Below are positions 1-17,668 of a stretch of 64,000 bases of DNA, piece by piece. Position 1 is the stretch's first letter, and the number at the start of each line of letters is the position of its first letter. Position numbers and translations under genes: made by a program. Below the pieces are notes generated by a model. The model was not told the origin of the DNA. It saw only the letters and a list, made by a program, of their open reading frames with translations, and did not search any database. This DNA is from the human T2T-CHM13v2.0 reference genome, Homo sapiens, in the NCBI RefSeq assembly GCF_009914755.1, contig NC_060938.1; one strand, 5' to 3'.

Positions 1-2
1 AA

Positions 3-48
3 ATGAAAGGAGAAATTCAACAGTCGCTTGGAGCCTGGGTTTTGCTTA
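3..48 (+). CDS. JKAMP: JKAMP alternative 5' coding exon (MKGEIQQSLGAWVLL-T); its 5' boundary lies outside the window
   Basis: ATG at 3-5, 15 codons + 1 nt, then consensus donor TTA|GTAAGT at 49-54. Phase 1 matches exon 2 (A+CT=Thr), giving a 325-aa ORF. Confidence 0.7.
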
Positions 49-552
49 GTAAGTGATAGGCTGTTTATTTCAGTTCAGTTTATCATACTGGTTTTCAGGC
101 CTTGGATTTTGAGAAACTTTAGATTATTGATATTCACGTGTATTTATTAAGCATCTACTAGATGTAAAGCCCATACAGAAGTTTCCAATTCCTTAACTTC
201 TGCATTCTTGAAAAATCTGAAATATTCATTTTCATGTATTAATTTAGAACATTGTGATTACAATTGGTTACAAAAAAAATAAGCGCCCATTAAAGAGGCC
301 AGTGGGTTTAAAAAGCTAAGTCCGAAATTTGTTAAAAGCGAAAATATTAAACTGGAGGAATATTATTCAATGCTGTTTCTCTTTTTCTCTCAGCAGCATA
401 AGGAGAAGGAAGTAAAAAGTCTGCTTGAATGTGAAAGGAGAGAAGGCACTGTAGACCAGGCAGTCTAGATTGTGAATTCGTGAATAATTTGGGAAATGAT
501 TGTTCAAGAATAGTCAAAAGATGCATAATTTTTCAAATTAATTCACATGTAG

Positions 553-847
<295 letters not shown>

Positions 848-1644
848 TGTTTGTTTGTTTTAATCAATGAATGAATGAAGGGAATCAGATGTCACTGATG
901 AAGAAAACTTCCATAATTTCTTGTGAATAAGGTCAAAGACAACGTATTAGGTTCTTAGTTGTTGGGGTTTTTTTAAGTAAGGAATAGCTGCTTTTCCCCT
1001 AAGCCTTTAGATCAGGGGCTTAATTTTAATGCAGTGGTTTCTAAAATATTGGCCCAGTGACAGCCTTGATGAAATTTTCACTTATCCTCCACAAAAATGA
1101 TAAAAGCTAGGACAATGTAGGAAACTTTTTATAAAGGTAATTTGCATACCTCTGTTATGAAATTATGTTCTCTCTGCTTTTCCCATGTGAAAATGTGTTC
1201 TGTTATGAACATAGGTGATAATGATAATTGTGTGTCTACATGTGGGTGCTTAATGTCCTGACTGGGCAAAATACAAGGTGGTGACCCTCTACTGGTGCTC
1301 TAATTTAAAAATATATGTATATTTGAACTTTATAATCAGTTAAACTCAGAAGTATCCTCTAATCATACCGGGTTAGGCTTTGAGTCCTGGAGATAGATCC
1401 TGCTCTGCTGGTTGAGGACCTTAATCATAAGGCACGGTATTAACAGCAAGGTTCCAGGATAACTGTCTGCAGTGTCACAGTGTAAAAGGAGAAATGTAAA
1501 TTTAAAAATGCTTCAAGACTTTTGTCTAATACATATTATTCAAAAATTTGAAACTGTTATTTTTGCCAAATGCTTCAGCTATTATTGCAATTTTTTTTTA
1601 TAATCACAAAAGATGTTACTATACTGGCATTTGTTTTTAAAAAG

Positions 1645-1736
1645 CTGTCGATATTCAACCAGCATGCCTTGGACTTTATTGTGGGAAGACCCTATTATTT
1701 AAAAATGGCTCAACTGAAATATATGGAGAATGTGGG
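1645..1736 (+). CDS. JKAMP: JKAMP exon 2 ((A)VDIQPACLGLYCGKTLLFKNGSTEIYGECG)
   Basis: AG at 1643-1644, GTAAGT at 1737. 92 nt. Translation recognised as the JNK1/MAPK8-associated membrane protein N-terminus. Confidence 0.96.
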
Positions 1737-1850
1737 GTAAGTCTTATGTTTGTATCTTATTTCATTTTGTAAAATCTATTTGCTTTTGAAATATTTTCAC
1801 ATACAACATTTTTTGTTATTATACTCATTAATTTATAAAAGAATATGGAG

Positions 1851-2218
<368 letters not shown>

Positions 2219-2605
2219 TTATTTTTTAAAACATTTAATAATTTTATAATAATTTCTAATTTATGATTTGGTACCATGTCTTGTACAGTAAGTTGAACAT
2301 CATGAATCCAGAACATTTATCTGCAGTTATTCTTATATAATGTTAATAACTAGGTTTTTCATTGAATGTTAGTCAACTATTTTAGTAACTTAGTAAAAGG
2401 AATCTTCTAAGAGCATTGTACAAATATAGCACATACAATATAGATTTCTTTTTATTTTACTTATGCCCTCTTTTTTATTTCTAAAAGCTGCACATGTAAA
2501 CTTAAATATTTAAACTGAAATGGGATGTCTTATAGAATGATTTGGGGGGGTGTTAATGTTGTAAAATAATATCTGTACACAAAATATTGGTTTTATATAT
2601 TATAG

Positions 2606-2760
2606 GTATGCCCAAGAGGACAGAGAACGAATGCACAGAAATATTGTCAGCCTTGCACAGAATCTCCTGAACTTTATGATTGGCTCTATCTTGGATTTAT
2701 GGCAATGCTTCCTCTGGTTTTACATTGGTTCTTCATTGAATGGTACTCGGGGAAAAAGAG
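2606..2760 (+). CDS. JKAMP: JKAMP exon 3 (VCPRGQRTNAQKYCQPCTESPELYDWLYLGFMAMLPLVLHWFFIEWYSGKK)
   Basis: tatag| acceptor, |GTTAG donor, 155 nt, phase 0 to 2. Cys-rich segment followed by a hydrophobic helix. Confidence 0.96.
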
Positions 2761-3879
2761 GTTAGCACATTTCTATGAACATATCTGGCTGGACTAATGT
2801 TGGAATAATTATCACTCAGAAGACCTTATTAAGTAATTATGCTTCTTCTGTTTTAAAAGTGGTAAACATGTTTTTCTTTATCTTCAGATTATTCTTAACT
2901 GTGACAAGAAAACTTAACAATAGGGCATGACTTAGTAATTTTTAAGGGAACTGTCCTTAGTCTGTTTTACTCTCAGTGATCTTGAAGGAATACTTTTACT
3001 TCTCAACTATAATCCTTATTGGTTTTCTACACAAAATTGGTTATGATTACAAGCTATTTATTGTTATGGAACACATTCTTTGTAATTTAATTTAATACTA
3101 ATAATCTAGTATGATGTAGTTAAAAATGATATAGCTGTAACCTAATACAAAAACTCATATTAACATATTAAATCAGCACACATTTACTAAGCACTGCATT
3201 TTATGTTTGGAAGATCAGGGAAGGAGATATAAAAATAACTGACATGGCTTATAGTCATAATCTTGTGGAGAAAACAAGTGTGTACATAATTATAAATCAG
3301 TCTTAGAAATGTAGTGGAAGAGTTATAAACAAAGTACTCTGGAGTTACAAAGAACAGAGAGATAAATTATGCCTCATGGGATCTGAAAGATTTCAAAAAA
3401 GGAACATTTTAGGCAGAAGAAACAGCATGAATAATGGCATAGAGGTATGAAATATGTGATCTGTGGTAGGCAGGAATGGAAGTAATCTGGGGTAGTCAAG
3501 AGTGGGTTGCAAATGAAGAAAAGTAATATAAAGGGGAGTAGGAAAGATAGGTTGAGGCCAGAATGTGAAGGTTCTTGATAAGCATGTGAACTTTAATCTG
3601 CTGGGAATGGGAAGTCAAATTCTGCCTTACTGATTTTCTTTTAGTTCCTCCAACTTCTCAGGATCTTTCCTACTTTAGGTTCTTTCCCTTCCTGCAAACT
3701 CTTTCTGCTGTCTGAAATACTCTCTTCATCTGACTGCAACTTGTTACCTAGCTACCTTCTTTTCCTTCTGATTTCAGTTTAAAAGTCACTCAGAAAGTTG
3801 AGTACTAAAAACAAAACAACAACAACAAAACAAAGAGTGCCCAATTAAAAGAGAAAAATAAGGAAGACAGCCTACTTTC

Positions 3880-5335
<1,456 letters not shown>

Positions 5336-6999
5336 CTCCGTATTTGAGTGAATCGTTTATTGGTGAAGGTCTGGTGTATGGAAGTGGCATCATTTGATGT
5401 ATATTTTAGGAAGAAAATTTCTGTGGAGGGTAGGTAGATTAGAGGTGAGATATTTAATAGAAGACTGTTGTCAAAGAAATAGACTATGGTAGTTGGAATG
5501 GAAATGGAAAGGATGGTCAGATAGAAATAGAATCAGCAGTTTTCTGGGGCCTACCTAATAAATCCAGGGTGGTTATTTACATTGGGAAAGCATTTATAAT
5601 TTTTTAGAATAATTTATAAAAATACTTTAAAAATAGCAGCTTTCATCCAGTTTTTAATTTCTGTTATATTAATAGAATGATGAGAGATGGGGTGAGAAAG
5701 GAGATATGACAAAGCTGAAATAGAATAATTGTCCAGTCAATTGGTGGGAAGTTCTCAGCCCACAGTAAAGAAGAGCTAACAGGCATAGGTATGTCTTCAC
5801 CAAATGCGTTTGAATTCAGACGTCAGCTATGTTTTGAGGGAGAGACTTGAAGCAGAGACTAGAGGGTGGTTTGAGGGAAGGCGAGGAGTGACTAATGCTC
5901 AGACAGGAAAGGAGGTGGGTTTAAAAAGAGGGAGTTGTACAACTGTGCTTTGCCTAGGAAATTGGTAACAAGGACCACAAGGGCCATCTCTTACAGTTTC
6001 CTGAAATTTTGCACTTACAGTCCAGATAGATGGGGGCTGGAGGTGTCTTAACAAATGTTCATAAAAACTGGGGATAACCCCTGAGCTGATCTGGAAGGAT
6101 GCATGGTTTGGCAGATAGGTAAAATGTGTTTGAGGTGGAGGGTGATGCATGCCCAGATGTGTGGAGGCACAAGTGAACTTAAAGTCATTTAGCATGGCCA
6201 GGAAATAGAGAAGACGATGCTGGTGGGGGTATTTTTCCAGAAAGACAAAAAGACTCAAAATTAGTTTAATGAGAGGAGTTCTAAAATTGTATTTCATTTT
6301 GTAAAGATTATGTGTCTGGCTGTAGATAGGTTGAAAGAGAACATGACAAGAAGACCAGTTAAGAAGGTTATCAAAGTAATGGCAAGAAATAATGAAGTTG
6401 GGATTTTGCCTCTGAAAATATTAATTCTATAAGGAAGCAAAATGTCAAATTATGTAATGTGAATGTGTGTTTATGTTTTCAGTGTTTTCATCTTTGTAAA
6501 ATGGCACAGGAGTTCTGTTTCCAACAATGTGAGTTAATTAGGAGCTCCAAGTGACCCACCTGCATGAAATAACTAAAGTCTGGGAAAGATAAACTATGTG
6601 AGACATTGCTGGTCCCAGCTGGAGATGGAGAGATCTCCAGGAACTCTTCTCTTTCAAAACACAAACCAGCCCACCCTGAGTTAGGCCAGAGTGACAAGGC
6701 AGGCAGTTGGGATGAGAGGGTTGTCTGAGGTCAATTGCTGGTAGCAGCAGTGTTATCTGGATACTGAATCTTGGGTAGCCTCTGCTAAGACTAGACCCTC
6801 AAGGGCCTGAAGCCTAAGGTAGTAGTGGCCATGGCTGCTGACAAAAGTAGCAGAGCCTCTTTGCTGGAAAGCTTCCCCATTCTCAATTTAACCCTGTAAG
6901 ACTCTTGCTCATTAAAATCTAGTAATGGCCTCATAGTCTGTGGTTACTAAATAAAATAGCACTAGGACTTATTGGTACATGCAACAAACAATATATTTA

Positions 7000-9640
<2,641 letters not shown>

Positions 9641-9945
9641 TACATACCATCTTTTATGTGCATATTAAGATTAAAATGATACACAGATAACTAAGAAATT
9701 TTTAGCAACAATTTGGCAAGATACTAAAGATGCAGGGTAGATATAATTTCTGCTTTTCTGTTACACATTTAGATAATACTGCTACAGTGTTATTTATCCC
9801 TTTTGAGAAAAAAAGGTTATACTCGAGTAGTTTTTGACTTTTCTTATAGATTTAGAAATCTGTATCTTGACACATGTACATGTTTTATTAAAGCCATTTA
9901 AATATTGCAATTTTTCTAGTAATCATGCCTCTTTTCCTTCTCTAG

Positions 9946-10152
9946 TTCCAGCGCACTTTTCCAACACATCACTGCATTATTTGAATGCAGCATGGCAGCT
10001 ATTATCACCTTACTTGTGAGTGATCCAGTTGGTGTTCTTTATATTCGTTCATGTCGAGTATTGATGCTTTCTGACTGGTACACGATGCTTTACAACCCAA
10101 GTCCAGATTACGTTACCACAGTACACTGTACTCATGAAGCCGTCTACCCACT
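9946..10152 (+). CDS. JKAMP: JKAMP exon 4 (SSSALFQHITALFECSMAAIITLLVSDPVG...HCTHEAVYP)
   Basis: Polypyrimidine tract + TAG at 9943-9945, GTAAGT at 10153, 207 nt, phase 2 to 2, open frame. Confidence 0.96.
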
Positions 10153-10833
10153 GTAAGTGTTTATTTCGACTTAAGATCATTTTTTTTTTTAAATCTCTGA
10201 GGATTATTATAGATTTTATGGCGTTTGGAGACAAAAACAGGTGTGGGTTTGAGTTCTGGGTCTGCCAGCGGCTTTATTACCTTGAACATGTAAACAGCCT
10301 CTTGTAACTTCAGTTTTCTCTTTGGTAAAATGGGAATAATGATACTTATAAGGTGTCGTGAGGATTAAATTAATCCACACATTCTAGATACCATATAACT
10401 TACATATAGGAGGCACTTTATAATAAATGGCATTATTACAGTGTTTGGATTAGTGTTTTTTCTTTTTTTCTCCCCAAATAAGTGTAATTTCTGTTAGAAT
10501 GTTTTGTTTTCAAAATATTAAATTCATAAAATTCTGTATGCAATTATGCCAGACTATTCCAGTTTCAGAATTTTTATGAATTTTTGTAAATTCTAGAACT
10601 AGAAAATGAATCAAATTCATTTTGATATTTTTTGGGGGAAAGGGAAAATAGAAGTCTGGTATTTATATTCTCATAATTGTAGCAGGCTTTCAGTACATAA
10701 TATGCTCAGGGAAATTAGTCCTTTTTGAGCAAGTTCTTAATAATAAAACATCAAAAACATAGAAATGCAAATAGGTACAAAACAACCAGATATCTTAGAA
10801 AAAATGAAAATCTTCTTTTCTACCTGCCAGTTT

Positions 10834-11132
10834 TTTGTTTGTTTTTGAGACAGAGTCTCGTTCTGTCACCCAGGCTGGAGTGCAGTGGCACGAGATCTCA
10901 GCTCACTGCAACCTCTGCCTTCTGGGTTCAAGTGATTCTTGTGCCTCAGCCTCCCAAGTAGCTGGGATTACAGGCATGTGCCACTATGCCTGGCTAATTT
11001 TTGTATTTTTAGTAGAGAGACGGGGTTTTGCCATGTTGGCCAGGCTGGTCTTGAACTCCTGGCCTTAAGTGATCTACCCACCTTGGCCTCCCAAAGTGAT
11101 GGGATTACAGGCGTGAGCCACTGTGCCCGGCC
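10834..11132 (-). mobile_element. Alu (AluS-like)
   Basis: Reverse dimer; cctgccagtt repeated on both flanks. Confidence 0.93.
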
Positions 11133-12369
11133 TCTCCCTGCCAGTTCTTAGGTATGGCAAATTATTTTATAGATATATATATATAGCTATAATTTATATA
11201 TAAAATACTATATAAAACACTGATAATGTCCTTTTTGTTGATTCATTGATTCATAGAGCTTAACTCTAAGCATTAATTACCCTCTTGTCATATAACTCTC
11301 CTAAGGCCTTGCATAACTTAACGTGGTCCTATTTGGAAAACTTAATAAATGAATTGAATATTATATTTAAATAAGATATAATGTAATCTTATTTAAAACA
11401 AAATCAGACTTATTTACCGATAGTCTCATTTATGTTATTTATTGTAATATTTATAAAGCCTATTACAGTAGGAGGGTCAGAAAATATAAGATTAGAAGAG
11501 AAATGGCAAACAGGTACTACCAACCCTCATCTGCACCTGTAATAGTCACTTCTAATTTATTGTAGCACTTTTTCTGCTGATTTGAGTGTAGCCTAAGAAT
11601 CTTGTGGCAGCACTCTCTGTCAATCAGAATCATCACACAGCTTCATTGATTAGGACATTTTTTGTCTATTCACTATCCCTGAATCAAGATTGTTTGTTTT
11701 TCTTCCTCAGCACCCTTACCAACAGTCATTGTAGAACAGCTTGCCTGCCTTGTTTTATTATTATACAAAACAGTGATTTTTAAAATTATGAGATATTATA
11801 TAGTATCTTATAGCATTGGGTTTAGGCATATTATTTATTTACCTAAGCATTCTAAATATAAATGTATGGTCAGACTGGGCTAAGCACTTCCGAAGGTTGC
11901 AGGGCTACCACAAGTCATAGTAATTTTTTTTTTTTTTTTTTGCAAGTCAACAAAAAGCAATAGCACACAATTACCAGAAACCTTTGGAACACTAGTGCAT
12001 TGACAAATGAAGGCTGTTTTTCCCAATGTATATATAGCCTAGTTTCTTACAAATTGAAAAATACCACAGGACTTTACTGATAATTATAGTTTTAAGGGGA
12101 AACAGATGAGGCATGAAAAAACATGTAAGCTTCTATCATTATAACTTACTGCAAAAAAATAACTTTTACATTACTAAAACTTTAAGAATGAGTTATGGAA
12201 AATGAGCAGTTATTACTCTTATAGCAGTAATTAGCTTTAGTTTGTCAAATTTAAACTATCCCCACATGTAGGCAGCATGGATTGAAAGAGGGGAAGAGTG
12301 GAATGGGATGAGGTCTTCTGGTGGAAGGCAGGAGTGGGAAACGTAATCACTTCCAGAAACTAGTTTCCT

Positions 12370-12650
12370 AGTTCATTTGGAGAAACACAGGATGGTTTCC
12401 TCCTGATTAAAGTGAATCTTTTTGGAGCTCTTAAGGAATTACAAGTTGTGGAAATGGACAGATTTTTTTTCTTTTGCTGTTGATAAGAGGTAGCAAACAA
12501 GACTAGGAAACTAATTCATTAGAAGAGGTAACACATAATGGTTTCCTCTTGATTAAAATCATCTTTTTTAGAGCTCTTAAGGAACTACAAGTTGCAGGAA
12601 TGGATAGATTTTGTTTTCTTTTGATGTTGTTTGGGGGTGGTATAACAAGA
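12370..12650. repeat. Diverged tandem duplication, period about 146 bp
   Basis: atggtttcctc.tgattaaa...gagctcttaaggaa.tacaagttg...aatgga.agatttt...aacaagac occurs at 12392 and again at 12538. Confidence 0.9.
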
Positions 12651-13653
12651 CAAAAAAATTATCACCCAAGAGATCAAACATGTACTAATGCATTACTGTA
12701 CAGGACTGAACCTAAAAGCATCATAGGAACACAGGATTATGGTATCATGATGCTGTGTGGGGAGGAAGCATGTGGTCCGTGATCTGAAATGACTGCTGAC
12801 TTCCTAGGACACTCCCCTGTATAGGGAGAGGGTTTGAGTAGCAAGATAGTAAAAATGATTTGAAAATACTCAGGAAAATTAAGGTAGAACTATGTGGATA
12901 AAAGTCCCATTATTCAAAATAAAGTGCTAGAAATCTGGTGACACATAGCTCTTTCTACAGCTTTTTTTTTCTGATTATAAAAATTACATTAAAAATGGGA
13001 CATTCAAAAACAGAATAAAAGCACACACAGAATAAAATAATCTGTAATTCTATTCCTTGAGATGATTCTGCTACAAATTTTATCTTTCCAGTTTTATTTC
13101 TGCATGTGTATGCATTTTAAGGAATATTAAGGCTATACTATGACATGCTATCTTGTAAGTTGTTGGCACTTAATGTATTAGGCACAGTTAATTTTGTTAA
13201 CATTTATTTCATAACTAGATTTTTATGTCTGCATAATATTGCAGCATGAATATACTATAAAATATAACCAGTTTCTTACATTTGAATATTTATTTTCTTC
13301 TGGGCTTTATTATAAGTGATTCAATAAAAATCCTTGTACAGTAGGTTTTTTTATGTATCCCTGGTTGTTTCCCTTGGATAAATTTCTACAGGTAAAATTG
13401 CTGAATCAAATGGGATAAACAGTTTTAGGATTTTTGGTACATATTTCCAGACTGCCTAAGAAAGCAACCATTGTACCCTTGCTAGCCGTGTATGACAGCC
13501 TGTTTGGCCAGCTTTCCACCAATCTGAATATCCAATGGATAGAGTAAATATGCTTTTTAAACCTCTTTTAGGCTCTTTCATTTAAAAATGATCAAGATTA
13601 AAAACATTTTTAAAACATTTTTGATGTTACAAATTCTCTATTTTATTTTACAG

Positions 13654-13835
13654 ATATACCATTGTATTTATCTATTACGCATTCTGCTTGGTATTAATGA
13701 TGCTGCTCCGACCTCTTCTGGTGAAGAAGATTGCATGTGGGTTAGGGAAATCTGATCGATTTAAAAGTATTTATGCTGCACTTTACTTCTTCCCAATTTT
13801 AACCGTGCTTCAGGCAGTTGGTGGAGGCCTTTTAT
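13654..13835 (+). CDS. JKAMP: JKAMP exon 5 (LYTIVFIYYAFCLVLMMLLRPLLVKKIACG...QAVGGGLL)
   Basis: ttttacag| acceptor, GTAAGT at 13836, 182 nt, phase 2 to 1. Confidence 0.96.
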
Positions 13836-13925
13836 GTAAGTTTGATGGGTAAAGTCAATGAAATATATTTATTATTGTATGTAGTAATATTTCCTCTAGA
13901 TTTAATTTTGGAGCTTTTTCCTTAA

Positions 13926-14195
<270 letters not shown>

Positions 14196-15699
14196 CTCTT
14201 TGCATTTGAAGTTCATGACCAAATTAAAATATTTTAAAAATCTAAGTATGTAATAAGAAATAAAAACTGGTTTTTATTTAGGAATTTATGAAAATTAGTC
14301 TTGATAATGTATACTGTTTATTATTAAGTAGGGTCTTAGGTTTCTAAGTGTATTTATGAAAACCTTTTATAGTAAAAAGTCCTCAATATATCTTTTATTT
14401 TAATGTAACCATTAATTCATTTGTTTAGTAACCATTTAGACCAAACTGTGACTCAAAAGAATAAGACAAATTCACTGTTAAAAACCTCACTTACTACCAG
14501 GAGATAAAGTAGGCAAGCCAGTGGCTGAGAAAATGTAGTGTGGTTCTTTTGAATATGTGACATTGAACGTCCCAAGGATGTTGGACACCATCCTTTATAT
14601 GGAGCTTGGTAATGTAATTTGGTAATATAGTTTGGGAATGTAATTTGGTTCAAGGTGATGGTGGGGCTTGAGGGTAAGACCAAGGGAACCAGAAATTCTG
14701 TTATCCGCCATATTCTGGTTTACAGATGAACTGTTTCATTTGGCCTGCACAGGATTTGAAAATCTATAGTTCCCTCTAGCTCCTCTATTTCCCTGTTAGA
14801 TTTGGCCCATTCCCTTATACCTTCCTGGCTACCCTCTCTGTCTTTTGAGGTTGCCATTCTTGCTCTAGGGAATAGGGACCTGTTCTTAAAAGGATTTAGG
14901 CAGAAGAGTGACATGATTACATTTGCACTGATTTGCACTAATTTGGGCTTAGTTAGAAACTTCCTCTTTATTCCTTTTTACTGTATATGGCTTTTTACTA
15001 CCAGGTCTTAAATTTGTATCATTAGCAACATTGTTTAGCTACTTATAAGTTAAGTAGAGTTTTTGTTTTGTTTTGTTTTGAAAAGTTGATTGAGGACCTA
15101 ATAACTGTCTATGAAATAAAAAGTTATAAATGTCAAATAAGTCATTCAGTTCTTTAGTAAGTTGGAATCAGGCCTGTATAGATAATTCAGTTTCTAGCTG
15201 CTGAATCCCGAGTTAACATTTGAAATTGTTCCAAATGGGTTCTACTGCAATGATAAGTAGTTTCATAAACTGAAGTCATTTACAAATAATGTATGAAAAA
15301 AATTCAAAGTTTTTTTCTCAATTTGTCCATTTATTTTAGTGTGTTATAAATTTGAAACATTTTAAGAGAAAAGTGGTGTTTTAGAGGAAAAAATTTGCTT
15401 AAAGTATTACTGTACTGTATTTAAAGTAGAGATTGCAGGAATTTTGATATTAAGAATACTGAATGATCTCTTTATCCTTTAAGGTTTATTGCTAAATGAC
15501 CTTTTCTAAAGATTAATTAAAGCTGAGTTACTCTTATAGATAACCTTTTTCAACTGCGGTTCCCCACCTTGACCACAAAACACAGAAAATTATTTGACCA
15601 TTTTTTTGAATTCTCCTAAATTTAGTACATAACTGGTACTATTCTAGAATGCAGAGGAGAGAAGTTAATTATTTACATTCACTGGATGCCTTAATAAGG

Positions 15700-15970
15700 C
15701 AAGGTTCTTCAAAGCTGGCCCAAGGATAGTTTTTACAATTTTTTATGGTTAAAAAATCAAAAGACTTATATATCTAGATGTGAGTATGAAACGTATGTTT
15801 TATTGTCCATAAAGTTTTTATTGGAACACAGCCGTGCCCATTCATGTATGTATTCTCTATGGCTGCTTTCCCACTACAACTGCAGAGCTGGGTAATCGAG
15901 ACAGAGAAATGCAGGGCTGAAACTATTTACTATCTTGCCCTTTCCAGAAAAAGCTTGCTGGCCACTGCCT
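15700..15970. mobile_element. MER58-like hAT-Charlie DNA transposon
   Basis: aaagtttttattggaacacagcc...ctatggctgcttt...atttactatc..gccctttccagaaaaag motifs. Confidence 0.75.
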
Positions 15971-16109
15971 CAGAACCTTAGGTTGTAAGTCTCACAGAAC
16001 TGGTTGAGAAAGGATTTGACTCTAAGGAAAATTACTATTTGAATTTATTTGATGGTTTATTGAGAAAATTTGTTTCATTTCCAACATAATACCAATGCTT
16101 ATCTTTCAG

Positions 16110-16186
16110 ATTACGCCTTCCCATACATTATATTAGTGTTATCTTTGGTTACTCTGGCTGTGTACATGTCTGCTTCTGAAATAGAG
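16110..16186 (+). CDS. JKAMP: JKAMP exon 6 (YYAFPYIILVLSLVTLAVYMSASEIE)
   Basis: ctttcag| acceptor, GAG|GTAGGA donor, 77 nt, phase 1 to 0. Confidence 0.96.
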
Positions 16187-17668
16187 GTAGGAAGTCTTTT
16201 TTTCCTTTGTTAAAGACTTTTTGATAAATTTGACAATTCAATATCAGAATAGTCCATATGATATGATATAGTACAACTAATTGTTTTAGTAATCTTTGGC
16301 TGATTGATGCCACTTGGTAGCTTTTGGCTTGTTAACTTTATGAAAAGTTGTGTACTGGACTATATATTTCCCTGGGAAATTAGCAAAATAGTGAAGTAGT
16401 CAGGCCCAACTATCCAGCATGAAGGAGAAATGTCATTTCACATAATTTTCCCATGTAGCAAACATATAATTATTGAAATGTTGAAACTTATTAACAGTAT
16501 TTTGAGAAAAACCATAAAAATGTTTTATATTTAGAACTAATTTTAAACTTTATTTTACAATGGCAACATTAATAGTCATCAGTAATTGTGCATTCCATAT
16601 CCTTCTGTGTTTTATCACAAATTTTATTTTCCTGATTATGGATGTTTACTTTTACCCCATAATGTTTGGGGGATTTGGAGCTAACATTAATAGCCACATT
16701 ATTCTGATACTGTTACTTTTTCACAGTATTCATTTTGTACCTCTAATATTTTAATATTTCAGTGGAAGGCCACTATTATAAAGAACTCCTTTTAAAAAAT
16801 TGTGTATGTCTTTATTTTCAGAATATTTTTGGCCAAAAAAGTATCTTTTGACACATTTGTAGTCGCTGGGTAGAATAGAACATCATATCATAACGTTTAT
16901 ATTTTCAAATATTCTAAAGGAACTAAGCTATTGGTTAAAACCATGAAGAACAAATGAGAAGTAGTAGTGTATTTGACTCTATATCTAGGGAAAAATGTAT
17001 TCATTAAACTTTGAATCAAAATGGGCATTCTTGTACATTATTTGTTCATATGCAATCTGACATTTTCTTTCTAAAATAATTATATTTATTATTGTTACTA
17101 ATATATTAGTAACTGTTATACATATTACATTTAAATGATTGCTTTTAAATACGTTAATGGCTCTGATTTAAGAACTCTTTGTTCTAAGGCCAAACTCTAG
17201 AGGAAGCAGAAGTATAAAGTGTCTCAGTACTCTTCCATCCTATACTTGCTAATCTAGGGACTATGAACTGTCTCAGACTACCCATGACAGTTGATCTGTG
17301 CTTTCTCATAATTCCTAACAGAGAAAACTCAACCAAGAGAAAATAAGTTGTAAACTATTTTGGAGTGGTTACTGCTGATGCCACTTTTTCTATTACCTTA
17401 GTGAGAGAGTGAGTGGGGGAAAACATCTAGGAATCATAGTGACTTTTAGGTAAGATAATAGTGGAGGAACTAGACAGAATATTTTTATAGTGATTATTCA
17501 GTTGTTTTCATCTGTAGATGATCCTCATTTTTCCTTTGTAATCATCTTTAACCAGCATTGAAATATAATTAAAGAAGATAGGAAAATTAGTTTTGGCACT
17601 TTTATCAACTCTAGGGAAAGATTTGAGGGAGAAAATAGTTGGATATTTGGATATTTGAATAAAATGAG

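Noticed and set aside
1613-1644. Intronic ATG extending JKAMP exon 2
   Set aside because: ATG 1613 is out of frame with exon 2, and the exon-2 frame has TAA at 1638-1640.
16560-16754. 64-aa hydrophobic micropeptide with a good Kozak context
   Set aside because: Hydrophobicity follows from T-rich intronic composition; no promoter, splice or homology support is visible.
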